Origin: Caenispirillum bisanense
GTDB taxonomy: Bacteria; Pseudomonadota; Alphaproteobacteria; Rhodospirillales; UBA2165
Reading direction: 5' to 3'
Assembly: GCA_945877815.1 (NCBI GenBank)
Contig: CAMDWJ010000019.1
Location: forward strand, 8,596-72,595
Length of the DNA: 64,000 nt
The notes under the pieces were generated by a model. The model had not been told where the DNA came from and made no database searches. It saw nothing but the letters and a program-made list of their open reading frames with translations. How positions within the stretch are numbered: the first letter of the stretch is position 1; the number at the start of each line of letters is the position of its first letter. A program made the position numbers and the translations under genes. This document shows, one piece after another, positions 29,845 to 38,161 of the stretch.

Positions 29845-30636
29845 ATGCTGGTCGACAGTCATTGCCATTTGAATTATCCGGGCCTCATCGAGGAATTGCC
29901 AGATGTCTTGTCCCGCGCCCGGACCGCCGGCGTCGGGACGATGGTCTGCATTTGTTCCAGAATGGGCGAATTTCCCGATATTCGTGCCATCGCAGAGGCA
30001 AATCCCGACGTTTATTGTAGCGTCGGCGTCCATCCGCACGATTCCGGCGACGATGCCCCAGTCGCCTTGGAAACCCTGCTGCACGAGGCCAAACATCCCA
30101 AAGTCGTCGGGATCGGCGAAACCGGGCTCGATTTCTATTATGACAAGAGCCCGCGCGACGCCCAGGAAATCAACTTCCGCACGCACATCGCCGCAGCGCG
30201 GGAAACCGGCCTGCCGCTGATCGTCCATACCCGTGACGCCGATGCGCGCACCGTCGAAATCCTCACCGAGGAATACCAAAAAGGCCCATTTCCCGGCCTC
30301 ATACATTGCTTCACGGCAGGATCAGAACTCGCTGAAAGCGTTATTGAATTAGGTTTTTATATCTCGCTATCCGGAATCATCACCTTCAAGAACGCCGAAG
30401 CCATCCGCGAGACCGTAGCGCGCTTGCCGTTAGAGCGGATTTTGGTCGAAACCGACTCGCCGTTTCTGGCCCCGATCCCCAGGCGCGGCAAAAGGAACGA
30501 GCCGGCCTATGTCGTTCATACCGCCGAGCGTGCGGCCGAACTATTCGGATTGAGCCCGGCCGGTCTGGCTCGCACGACCACCGCCAATTTCTTCCGCTTG
30601 TTCACGCGGGCCAAGGCGCCCGCCGCCGCAGTCTGA
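29845..30636 (+). CDS. tatD: TatD-family metal-dependent hydrolase
   Basis: In-frame ATG at 29845. MLVDSHCHL, GETGLDFYY, IHTRDA and ETDSPFLAP motifs. Confidence 0.9.
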   Translation: MLVDSHCHLNYPGLIEELPDVLSRARTAGVGTMVCICSRMGEFPDIRAIAEANPDVYCSVGVHPHDSGDDAPVALETLLHEAKHPKVVGIGETGLDFYYDKSPRDAQEINFRTHIAAARETGLPLIVHTRDADARTVEILTEEYQKGPFPGLIHCFTAGSELAESVIELGFYISLSGIITFKNAEAIRETVARLPLERILVETDSPFLAPIPRRGKRNEPAYVVHTAERAAELFGLSPAGLARTTTANFFRLFTRAKAPAAAV

Positions 30637-30640
30637 CCTC

Positions 30641-31417
30641 ATGCGCGTGACGATCCTTGGCTGCGGCAGCTCGGGCGGCACGCCGACAATCAATTCCGGT
30701 TGGGGTGCCGCGGATCCAAAAGAACCGAAAAACCTCAGATTACGGCCATCTATTTTGGTCGAGGAGGGGGCAACCCGTGTCCTTATCGATGCCTCGCCGG
30801 ACCTGCGGGCCCAATTGCTGAATGCCGGTGTCAATCGGCTCGATGCCGTTTTGTTCACCCATGCCCATGCCGATCATTGCCATGGCATCGACGATCTACG
30901 GCCCGTCAACGAGGCCATGAACGCCGATATTCCGGCCTACACCGATTCACCGACCTGGGATCAGCTTCGGGCGCGGTTCGCCTATACGCTCGGTGCCCGC
31001 GACCCCAGGGCCACGTTTTATTATAAGCCGTGCCTGACCCCGAATACGATCAGGCCTGGAGAAAGTTTTCGGATCGGCGCGCTGACCGTCAGCGCCTTCG
31101 AACAAGATCATGGCCGGATGACGACGCTCGGCTATCGCTTCGGCCGATTCGCTTATTCGACCGATCTGGTCAATTTGCCGGAGGAAGGCTTCGAAGCGCT
31201 CAAAGGTGTCGAGGTCTGGATCGTCGGCACGCTCGGACCAGCCCAGCACCCGACCCATGCCCATGTCGCAAAGGCCGTCGAATGGATCGAGCGGGTGGGG
31301 CCGAAGCGTGCCTATCTGACGCATATGAGCAACCGGCTCGACTATGCCACACTGTGCTCGACTTTGCCGCCGCATATCCGACCAGCGTTTGACGGATTGA
31401 TCCTCGAAATCGACTAA
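30641..31417 (+). CDS. MBL-fold metallo-hydrolase
   Basis: LGCGSSGGTP N-terminus and an HAHADHCHGIDDLR metal-binding motif. Confidence 0.85.
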   Translation: MRVTILGCGSSGGTPTINSGWGAADPKEPKNLRLRPSILVEEGATRVLIDASPDLRAQLLNAGVNRLDAVLFTHAHADHCHGIDDLRPVNEAMNADIPAYTDSPTWDQLRARFAYTLGARDPRATFYYKPCLTPNTIRPGESFRIGALTVSAFEQDHGRMTTLGYRFGRFAYSTDLVNLPEEGFEALKGVEVWIVGTLGPAQHPTHAHVAKAVEWIERVGPKRAYLTHMSNRLDYATLCSTLPPHIRPAFDGLILEID

Positions 31418-31591
31418 GAATTTTAAGTGAGGAATGGATCATAAGCATTTAATTCAAAACATATTATTTTCTCACTCAGAAATAATACATAATATACATT
31501 ATGCGACACTTTGATATAATTTAAAGGGCAGAGGAAAGCTAAACCATGGCCTCCGCTCCGCCCTAAACCCGATCCAAACGATCTCTAGAAA

Positions 31592-32245
31592 TTAGCGCTT
31601 CATCGGCGTCATCGCCGAAGCGCGATTCAATTTATCTGGCGCCCAAGTGCTCGGTGCGACAGGCGCGCTGGCTTCGCCGATGACCGAAGTGCCATCGCCC
31701 GGCGTCGTGATCTCGACCCGACCGGCTTTGTTTTCGACGATGATCGCGCCTTTCGAAAGCAATGCGAATTGATGAACGCCATCCAGCAACCCACCCCAGA
31801 ATTCCGTACCGCGGACACCGATGGTAGCTACTTCGGTACGCATCTGGAACGGATGGCTATCCAATTGAGCGATCTTGCCGCTGACCGCCCTCACCGCGCC
31901 GCTCATCAAACGGATCACGGCATTTCCATCCTTGCCGTCCTGGTTCAAAAAATATTCCTGAACGACAAAAACACTTCGTTCACTGAGCGAAAATTCGGCC
32001 TCATCGACCATTTTGATCTGAAGACGGCTGTCGCGAGCGGTCGAAAGCACGTCCCCGATCCTGATATCGGCGCCGTTTTTAAGGGCGCGCGGCATGGCAT
32101 CCTGCATGGCGACCGCGCTTCCCGACAGTTCCGTTACTTTGCCGACAACCTCGTCGTCGGTGCTCTGCGCCGCGCCCCCGATCACCGGGACGATCAGGAG
32201 CAGAAAACTGAGTCTGAGCAAGGGTTTGACGAGGAAATTGGTCAT
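31592..32245 (-). CDS. Secreted FecR-domain protein
   Basis: Signal peptide, then a FecR-like block GKVTELSGSAVA...LKNGADIRIGDVLSTARDSRLQIKMVDEAEFSLSERS...VRGTEF. Confidence 0.65.
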   Translation of the reverse strand: MTNFLVKPLLRLSFLLLIVPVIGGAAQSTDDEVVGKVTELSGSAVAMQDAMPRALKNGADIRIGDVLSTARDSRLQIKMVDEAEFSLSERSVFVVQEYFLNQDGKDGNAVIRLMSGAVRAVSGKIAQLDSHPFQMRTEVATIGVRGTEFWGGLLDGVHQFALLSKGAIIVENKAGRVEITTPGDGTSVIGEASAPVAPSTWAPDKLNRASAMTPMKR

Positions 32246-32317
32246 ATTTGGGAATCCATTTTGCGGGATACCATCTTATAGTCCTATAACCACGTTGAAA
32301 CGAGCGACCCGGATCAC

Positions 32318-33115
32318 ATGTCCCCAGAAATCGCGTCCCAAATCGAGCGACTTTTGGCCATCATGGTCCGCCTGCGCGACCCCAAGGGTGGCTGTCCATG
32401 GGACCTCGAACAGAGCTTCGAGACCATCGCCCCCTATACGATCGAGGAAGCCTACGAGGTCGCGGATGCGATCGAGCGCCAGGATATGGCGGCATTGCGC
32501 GATGAGCTCGGCGATCTCCTTCTCCAAGTCGTCTTCCATGCCCAAATGGCGTCGGAAAATGGCGATTTTGCCTTCTCCGATGTCGCCAAATCGATCGCGG
32601 ACAAGATGGAACGCCGCCACCCACATGTTTTCGGCGAGATCCGGATCGATAACGCCGATGCCCAAACTCGCGCCTGGGAGGAACAAAAGGCCACTGAGCG
32701 GGCTGCGTCGGGCAATGCCAGCGCAATTGCCGGGGTCGCGCGCGGTCTACCCGCCCTGCTCCGGGCCTTCAAGCTGCAGAACCGAGCCGCCCGTGTCGGC
32801 TTCGACTGGCCCGACGCCGACGGCGCCCTCGGCAAATTACGCGAGGAAATCGAGGAATTGGCCGCCGAAATCGTGCCGGACGCCCCACCCTCGGCCGCGT
32901 TGGCCGAAGAAGTCGGCGACGTCTTGTTCTCGGCCGTCAATCTGGCCCGCAAGCTCGGAATCGAACCCGAAGACGCGCTGCGCCGGGGCAATGCCAAGTT
33001 CGAACGCCGCTTCGCCTATATCGAGCGCACTTTGGCCGCCGAGGGACGCCGCGCCGAAGATACCCCGCTGGCCGAGATGGAAGCGCTGTGGCAGGACGCC
33101 AAGACTAGAGTATGA
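32318..33115 (+). CDS. mazG: Nucleoside triphosphate pyrophosphohydrolase MazG
   Basis: Tandem MazG domains: GCPWDLEQSFETIAPYTIEEAYEVADAIE..ELGDLLLQVVFHA and a second EE.GDVLFS domain. Confidence 0.9.
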   Translation: MSPEIASQIERLLAIMVRLRDPKGGCPWDLEQSFETIAPYTIEEAYEVADAIERQDMAALRDELGDLLLQVVFHAQMASENGDFAFSDVAKSIADKMERRHPHVFGEIRIDNADAQTRAWEEQKATERAASGNASAIAGVARGLPALLRAFKLQNRAARVGFDWPDADGALGKLREEIEELAAEIVPDAPPSAALAEEVGDVLFSAVNLARKLGIEPEDALRRGNAKFERRFAYIERTLAAEGRRAEDTPLAEMEALWQDAKTRV

Positions 33116-33747
33116 TGCCGCCCATCATGCAGTCCGTCTCCGCCCTTTTGCGCCCCCTGCGATCCATTGCCTTGGCATCGTTCGCCTTGCTGGCGCTGTC
33201 GTCGTGCTATCTGCCCGGCAGTTTCGATGCCGAGATCGAACTGTCGCGCACCGGCCTCTACAAGATGAGCTTCGACGGCTATATCGTCGATGTGCAACTC
33301 TACGACGATATGCGCAAAAACAAGCTTACCAAGGAGCAACAGGACACCAAGATCGCTAACGTGATCAACGATTTCAAACGCGACAGCGACACCAAGGAAA
33401 TCTCTTATTTCGGCCAGGGCGCCTTCAAGGTCGTCTGGCAGACCTCCGGCGATGTGACCCAGACCAAGCAGATCACCTTTTTCCGGCGCAACGAAAACAT
33501 GCTGTCGATCCTGTACGACGAGAAGGAAGGAACGATCAGCCTCGCCGGCAAATACGTCAAAAAGCAGGATGCCGAGCGCATCCTGGAAATGGGCCTCAAC
33601 GTCCAAGGCGTGCTGCGGGTCAAAACCGACGCCCGCATCATCGCCCATAACGCCCAGCGCGTGACCAAGGACGGGCTCACCACCATCTATGGCTTCCGCC
33701 TCAATTCGGTGACCGACCCCTCGCCGCGCATGAAGGTGGCGTTTTAA
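33112..33747 (+). CDS. Hypothetical lipoprotein, translationally coupled to mazG
   Basis: Lipobox LLALSSC. ATGA overlap with the mazG stop. I recognise no family. Confidence 0.55.
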   Translation: MMPPIMQSVSALLRPLRSIALASFALLALSSCYLPGSFDAEIELSRTGLYKMSFDGYIVDVQLYDDMRKNKLTKEQQDTKIANVINDFKRDSDTKEISYFGQGAFKVVWQTSGDVTQTKQITFFRRNENMLSILYDEKEGTISLAGKYVKKQDAERILEMGLNVQGVLRVKTDARIIAHNAQRVTKDGLTTIYGFRLNSVTDPSPRMKVAF

Positions 33748-33771
33748 AAGACGCCCTTCTCCTTTTTAATC

Positions 33772-33888
33772 GTCATGGCCGCACTTGTTGCGGCCATCCA
33801 CGAGTTTTTTCGCGCTATCGCGCTTTCGTCCGTGGACGCCATGCGCGCCTCGGGCGCGATGAACGCGCGACACAAGTCGGGGCATGAC
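33772..33888. repeat. Family-B intergenic palindromic repeat (GTCATGCC..ATCCACG / CGTGGA..CAAGxCxGGCATGAC arms)
   Basis: gtcatggccgcacttgttgcggccatccacgag ... cgtggacgcc...cacaagtcggggcatgac. Related copies at 39510 and 42601. Confidence 0.75.
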
Positions 33889-33912
33889 GGCTGAGAGTGA
33901 ACCGCGTTCCGC

Positions 33913-34785
33913 TTATTTCCGTCGCAATCTCCGAATCAAACTCGAAGTATCCCAGCGCCCGCCGCCCATCTGGCTGACCTCGCGGTAGAACTGGTTGATG
34001 ATCGCAGTGACCGGCATCGCGACGCCCTTGGCCTTGCCCTCGGCCAGCGCGATGTCGAGATCCTTGCACATCCAATCGACGGCGAAGCCGAAATCGAACT
34101 TGTCCTCGACCATGGTCTTGCCGCGATTTTCCATCTGCCACGAGGTCGCAGCACCCTTGGAGATCACATCGACAACGAGGCTGCCGTCGAGCCCGGCGCG
34201 CGTCGCGAAATTGAGCGCCTCGGCGAGCGCCTGAAGATTGCCGGCCACACAAATTTGGTTGGCAATCTTGGTGAGCTGGCCGGCCCCCGAAGCACCCATC
34301 AAGGTGACCGCGCGCCCATAGGCCTTCATCACAGGCTCCGCTGCACTGAACGTCCCCGCCTCGCCGCCGACCATGACCGTGAGCGTGCCGCCTTCGGCGC
34401 CCGCCTGCCCGCCGGAGACGGGTGCATCGAGAAAGCCGATACCTTTCGCCTTGGCCGCTGTTTCCAACTCGACCGCCAAACTCGCCGAAGCGGTGGTGTG
34501 ATCGATCAGGGTGGCACCTTTCGCCATGCCGGCAAGTGCGCCGTCCGCGCCCAGCGCTACGTGCCGCACATCGTCGTCGTTGCCGACGCAGACGAAGACG
34601 AACTCCGAACCCGCCGCCGCTTCGCGCGGCGTTTTGGCACTTTTGCCGCCATGTTCCTTCGCCCACTTTTCCGCTTTCGCGGCGGTGCGGTTATAGACGG
34701 TCACGTTGTGGCCCGCCTTGGCCAGATGGCCCGCCATCGGATAGCCCATGACTCCGAGACCGATGAAGGCAACGTTGTGCGGCAT
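33913..34785 (-). CDS. NAD(P)-dependent oxidoreductase, HIBADH family (second paralog in the window)
   Basis: VAFIGLGVMGYPMAGHL Rossmann motif and the HIBADH body. Confidence 0.85.
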   Translation of the reverse strand: MPHNVAFIGLGVMGYPMAGHLAKAGHNVTVYNRTAAKAEKWAKEHGGKSAKTPREAAAGSEFVFVCVGNDDDVRHVALGADGALAGMAKGATLIDHTTASASLAVELETAAKAKGIGFLDAPVSGGQAGAEGGTLTVMVGGEAGTFSAAEPVMKAYGRAVTLMGASGAGQLTKIANQICVAGNLQALAEALNFATRAGLDGSLVVDVISKGAATSWQMENRGKTMVEDKFDFGFAVDWMCKDLDIALAEGKAKGVAMPVTAIINQFYREVSQMGGGRWDTSSLIRRLRRK

Positions 34786-34817
34786 GATTGTTCTCTCCCC
34801 TGATTTTTAAGCATCAA

Positions 34818-34902
34818 CCTCATGCTGAGCCCGTCGAAGCATGGAGGCACCCCAATCCTTCGACAAGCTCAGGATGAGGGCATCAACAAACTCAGGATGA
34901 GG
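34818..34902. repeat. Family-A intergenic palindromic repeat
   Basis: cctcatgctgagcccgtcgaagcatgg (34818-34844) and ccttcgacaagctcaggatgagg (34857-34879), plus an extra ctcaggatgagg (34891-34902). Confidence 0.8.
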
Positions 34903-34912
34903 ACATTAAAAC

Positions 34913-35758
34913 CTACGCCAGCGCCGCCGCCAGCAAATCGCGCAGTTCGCGCCAGCGCGCTTCGTCGGCGGCCAGGATATAGCGGCCTTCCTGCATGGCG
35001 CCCGGCCGGTAGATGCCGCCATCCTCGGCCCGCCCACTATGCCCGCCGGCCTCGGCGTGCAGCAAAACGCCGGCGGCGTGATCCCAGGCCTTGAGCTGCC
35101 CATACATGGCGAAATCCAATTGGCTGCGGATGAGTTCCATATATTCGCGGCCGCAGCAACGGTGGCGCAGCATCTCGCGCGGCACCGGCGTGCCCTTGGC
35201 CTGTCCCATCTCCTCCAGCCGGTCGCGCGGTCGCTTCGGGACCGAGCCGCGCATGGCGGCGACATCCACGGAAGGCGACGCGAGGCGAATCCGCCCCTTC
35301 GCATCCCACGCCCCCTCGCCCAAAACACCATGGATCATGTCGTCGGCAAGCGGATCGTAGATCCAGCCGGCCTTGGTCTCGCCGGCAACCGCGAGCGCGA
35401 TGATGACCGCGAAGATCGGACGTCCCTCGGCGAAGTTGCGCGTGCCGTCGAGCGGATCGACGATCCATACCGGCTCGCCACGCGTGAAATGCTCAATCAC
35501 CGATGCGTCGGCGGCATGGCCCTCCTCGCCGACCACAACGCTGCCCGGCAGCAGCGCGCTCAATTCGGCCTCCAGGCGCTTCTCGGACGCGATGTCGGCG
35601 GCGGTGACGATTTCGCCGGCGGCCTTCTCGTTGATCTCATGGCGCTCGAGCTTTTCGTAGCGCGGTAAAATCTCCTCGGCGGCGATGCGGCGCACGATCT
35701 CGCTCACCGCGGCGGGATCCGGAACCTTAAAAGACGTGATTTTGGAAGATTCGGTCAC
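34913..35758 (-). CDS. Inositol monophosphatase family protein
   Basis: EEG.., WIVDPLDGTRNF and WDHAAG motifs. I propose the GTG at 35758 as the start of ORF 34913..35818 (uncertain). Confidence 0.82.
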   Translation of the reverse strand: MTESSKITSFKVPDPAAVSEIVRRIAAEEILPRYEKLERHEINEKAAGEIVTAADIASEKRLEAELSALLPGSVVVGEEGHAADASVIEHFTRGEPVWIVDPLDGTRNFAEGRPIFAVIIALAVAGETKAGWIYDPLADDMIHGVLGEGAWDAKGRIRLASPSVDVAAMRGSVPKRPRDRLEEMGQAKGTPVPREMLRHRCCGREYMELIRSQLDFAMYGQLKAWDHAAGVLLHAEAGGHSGRAEDGGIYRPGAMQEGRYILAADEARWRELRDLLAAALA

Positions 35759-35925
35759 GATTCGAACTATTCTCCGTCCCCGCGAATGGCCCGGCGCGCG
35801 GCGTTCTCGGCCTCGCACGCCACTCTACTCTTAGAAAGCGACAATCCAAGGGCGGTTTCGACGTTTTAATTTACCTGAAATTCGCAAATTTATCCCGGAA
35901 AACCGCCATTCAAGGGCGAAACAAG

Positions 35926-36046
35926 ATCGACATTGGGGCGACACCGGATCGCCATTCGATCGACACGGGATCGACATCGGATCGACATTTCATCTACATC
36001 CTGTCGACATCCGATCTACCGAAGCTCAACACCCCATCGACAGGTT
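35926..36046 (+). repeat. Array of eleven head-to-tail 11-bp units with conserved heptamer ATCGACA
   Basis: Units read from 35926: ATCGACATTGG GGCGACACCGG ATCGCCATTCG ATCGACACGGG ATCGACATCGG ATCGACATTTC ATCTACATCCT GTCGACATCCG ATCTACCGAAG CTCAACACCCC ATCGACAGGTT. The register is exactly 11 bp throughout. Confidence 0.9.
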
Positions 36047-36309
36047 TTTTTGGGGGGCTTGATCGATAGACGTCGCCCGCCCAAAAGGCCAGCCTCGGCG
36101 AGCAGTCTAGCCGAACGGCTGTTGAAAATAAAGAATTAAATTCTATTTATAAGGATATAATGGATTAAGAATCTTCGAACCGATCCGTCGGCGCGGATCA
36201 CGCAGTTCAAGGGGCGCGGACAGAATGCTCAACGCGCGACGGACTCGCTGTTCGGTTCGTGCCCAGGGCGGGTGGCATTTTTGGCCAAGTTCGCCACGAT
36301 CGTATCGTA

Positions 36310-36338
36310 TTGAATGTATTTGTATATGATAGTAATAC
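36310..36338 (+). promoter_or_regulatory. Putative sigma-70-type promoter of brnTA with an embedded inverted repeat
   Basis: TTGAAT (36310-36315), a 17-nt spacer, then TAATAC (36333-36338). GTATT/AATAC inverted repeat at 36316-36320 and 36334-36338. The brnT ATG at 36345 has no upstream SD, which would fit a leaderless transcript. Confidence 0.35.
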
Positions 36339-36344
36339 ACACTT

Positions 36345-36659
36345 ATGATCGATTTCGATCGGATCGACGGATTCGAGTGGGATGACGGCAACCGCCGCAA
36401 GAGCGAGGACAAGCACGACGTTGCTCAGGCCGAGGCGGAGCAGATTTTCTTCAATCGGCCACTGCTGATGCTGGACGATGTGACGCACAGCGCCGCTGAA
36501 CCCCGATTTCTGGCATTGGGCCACACCGATGCCGGACGGCACCTGTTCGTCGCCTTCACGCTGCGTCAAAGTGGCCGGCAAGACGGAACCAAAATCCGCG
36601 TGATCTCGGCCCGCGACATGAACCGCAAGGAGCGAACCCGCTATGCCTCGCAAAGCTGA
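36345..36659 (+). CDS. brnT: BrnT-family (DUF497) type II toxin
   Basis: FEWDDGNRRKSEDKHDV N-terminal signature and a RVISARDMNRKER tail. Confidence 0.85.
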   Translation: MIDFDRIDGFEWDDGNRRKSEDKHDVAQAEAEQIFFNRPLLMLDDVTHSAAEPRFLALGHTDAGRHLFVAFTLRQSGRQDGTKIRVISARDMNRKERTRYASQS

Positions 36660-36933
36660 CAAGGCACCTGCCACGCCCCGCAAACCGGTCCCGCGCTTTC
36701 GCGGCGAGGCCGAGGAGCGCGCCTTTTGGGAAACGCACGATTCAACCGACTATGTCGATTGGAACCGCGCGACCGTGGCCGAATTTCCCAACCTCAAGCC
36801 GACCACCACGGCAATTTCGCTCAGGCTTCCGGTCGGGCTGCTCGACCGCATCAAGATCGCGGCCAACAAGCGCGACATGCCCTATCAATCGCTCATCAAA
36901 GCGTGGCTCGCCGAAAAGGTTGAGAGGTCGTAA
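36643..36933 (+). CDS. brnA: BrnA/CopG-type ribbon-helix-helix antitoxin
   Basis: Overlaps brnT by 17 nt. FWETHDSTDY and ISLRLPVGLLDRIKIAANKRDMPYQSLIKAWLAEKV. Confidence 0.82.
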   Translation: MPRKADKAPATPRKPVPRFRGEAEERAFWETHDSTDYVDWNRATVAEFPNLKPTTTAISLRLPVGLLDRIKIAANKRDMPYQSLIKAWLAEKVERS

Positions 36934-37004
36934 GCGCAACCTTGCGCTACCGCCCGTAAAGATGCTTCTGGAACCCGACGACGGCATCGCGGATGCGCCG
37001 CCAT

Positions 37005-37931
37005 TCAGCCGGCTCCGGCATCGAAAAAATCCTCGTCGATCTTCTTAATATGCAGGATTTGCTCGTCACGACAGCCGATGTTGTAGCGCGTCATCAATCG
37101 CGCAAGCTGAATACCATCGATCAAGACAATGCGCGAACCAAGATCGTGGGCGGTCTGAATGGCGTTCGGGCTAAAAGCCGATGTCGTAACAAAAATTCCC
37201 TTGTGTGCCTTCTTGAGACTCAATGCGCCGAAGAAATCACGGATAGCCCCGGCCCCGATATTGTTTCCATCGGCGTACCGCTTCGCCTGAAGATAAATTT
37301 GATCCAACCCCAACGCATCCTGATCGATGACACCGTCGATACCATCATCCCCGCTCTTGCCTAAGGCGCGCCCGGCATCTTCCGAAGTGCCGCCATAGCC
37401 CATGGCCAATAGAAGCTCGACGATTAAATTCTCAAAAAATGCCGGCGGGGCTTGGCGTACACGGTCCAAAAGATCAGCCGCGAGCGCTTCATTGATTTGC
37501 TTGTGTGCCGCGCGCAGCACTTCATCGGGTGTCGCGGTACTTTCGATCACGGCCTGAGCAAGCACGGCGGGAGCACCGATTTCCTTGGTGTTCGTGCGTG
37601 CACGGAATTCCTGGAACTCGGGGAACTGTTCGAGATAGGCAACATCTATCGTAGCCGCGCCGTGGGCCAACGCTGCCTTGCCGCGATCGGTTATCACGAA
37701 ATGTGCCCATTTCGTCGGCCGTACGAGGCCAGCTTGTTTGAGGAAACTTTTGGCCCAATGAACACGGTTGGCGAAACGAGTCTGCTTACCGCTGGGAAGC
37801 AATTCATCCCGTTCGTCCTGGGTCAGGCCGAGTTTGCCGGCAAGTTCTTCGACGACTTCGCCGATCCGCGCTTCGCCCGCAGCAGCGCATTCAAGCACCG
37901 GGCGCATAAGTGTCTCATGATCCGGAATCAT
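37005..37931 (-). CDS. mrr: Mrr-family restriction endonuclease (Mrr_N winged helix plus Mrr_cat nuclease)
   Basis: MIPDHETLMRPVLECAA...FANRVHWAKSFLKQAGL N-domain. Catalytic region SGDDGIDGVIDQDALGLDQIYLQAKRY. I chose the start at ATG 37931 within ORF 37005..38018. Confidence 0.85.
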   Translation of the reverse strand: MIPDHETLMRPVLECAAAGEARIGEVVEELAGKLGLTQDERDELLPSGKQTRFANRVHWAKSFLKQAGLVRPTKWAHFVITDRGKAALAHGAATIDVAYLEQFPEFQEFRARTNTKEIGAPAVLAQAVIESTATPDEVLRAAHKQINEALAADLLDRVRQAPPAFFENLIVELLLAMGYGGTSEDAGRALGKSGDDGIDGVIDQDALGLDQIYLQAKRYADGNNIGAGAIRDFFGALSLKKAHKGIFVTTSAFSPNAIQTAHDLGSRIVLIDGIQLARLMTRYNIGCRDEQILHIKKIDEDFFDAGAG

Positions 37932-38043
37932 TCCATCCCCCAAGAAACCCCAACTCATGCTGCCGTTTGGGTTGCACGGCCGCAACGACAATCCACTTCG
38001 CGCGGCAAGCCGGACCACCCAAAGCGGTCGATAGCGCCCTCAC

Positions 38044-38067
38044 CCTTCGACATGCTCGGGATGAGGG
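38044..38067. repeat. Family-A repeat, solitary right arm
   Basis: ccttcgacatgctcgggatgaggg matches the right arm of the family-A palindromes. Confidence 0.6.
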
Positions 38068-38161
38068 TCATTACCGGAATTCCTTGACGCTTCGCGGGAA
38101 ATGTTCTTGAATTGTTCTTATCATATCCTATGCGATTGTACATGAAGGTTCGCGACATCAT

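Noticed and set aside
31434-31514. A 26-codon ORF in the AT-rich gap (MDHKHLIQNILFSHSEIIHNIHYATL).
   Set aside because: The GAGGA is only 1-2 nt from the ATG, and the composition simply mirrors AT-rich DNA. I do not call it a gene, and mention it only under the AT-rich finding.
34822-35094. ORFs that begin inside palindromic repeats (34822..35094 and 39523..39858, with translations such as ILRQAQDEG).
   Set aside because: The N-terminal parts are translations of family-A and family-B repeats that recur in non-coding contexts. The remainder is antisense to real genes or lies within repeat DNA.
35933-36139. A 68-aa plus-strand ORF (MGRHRIAIRSTRDRHRIDISS...).
   Set aside because: Its periodic sequence is simply the translation of the 11-bp tandem array. 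It has no SD and no coding-like composition.
36254-36276. A tRNA-3'-end-like string (tcGGTTCGTGCCCagggcgggTGGCA) that could mark an integration site.
   Set aside because: The T-arm pairing and the acceptor stem do not form, and there is no matching tRNA gene or second copy in the window.
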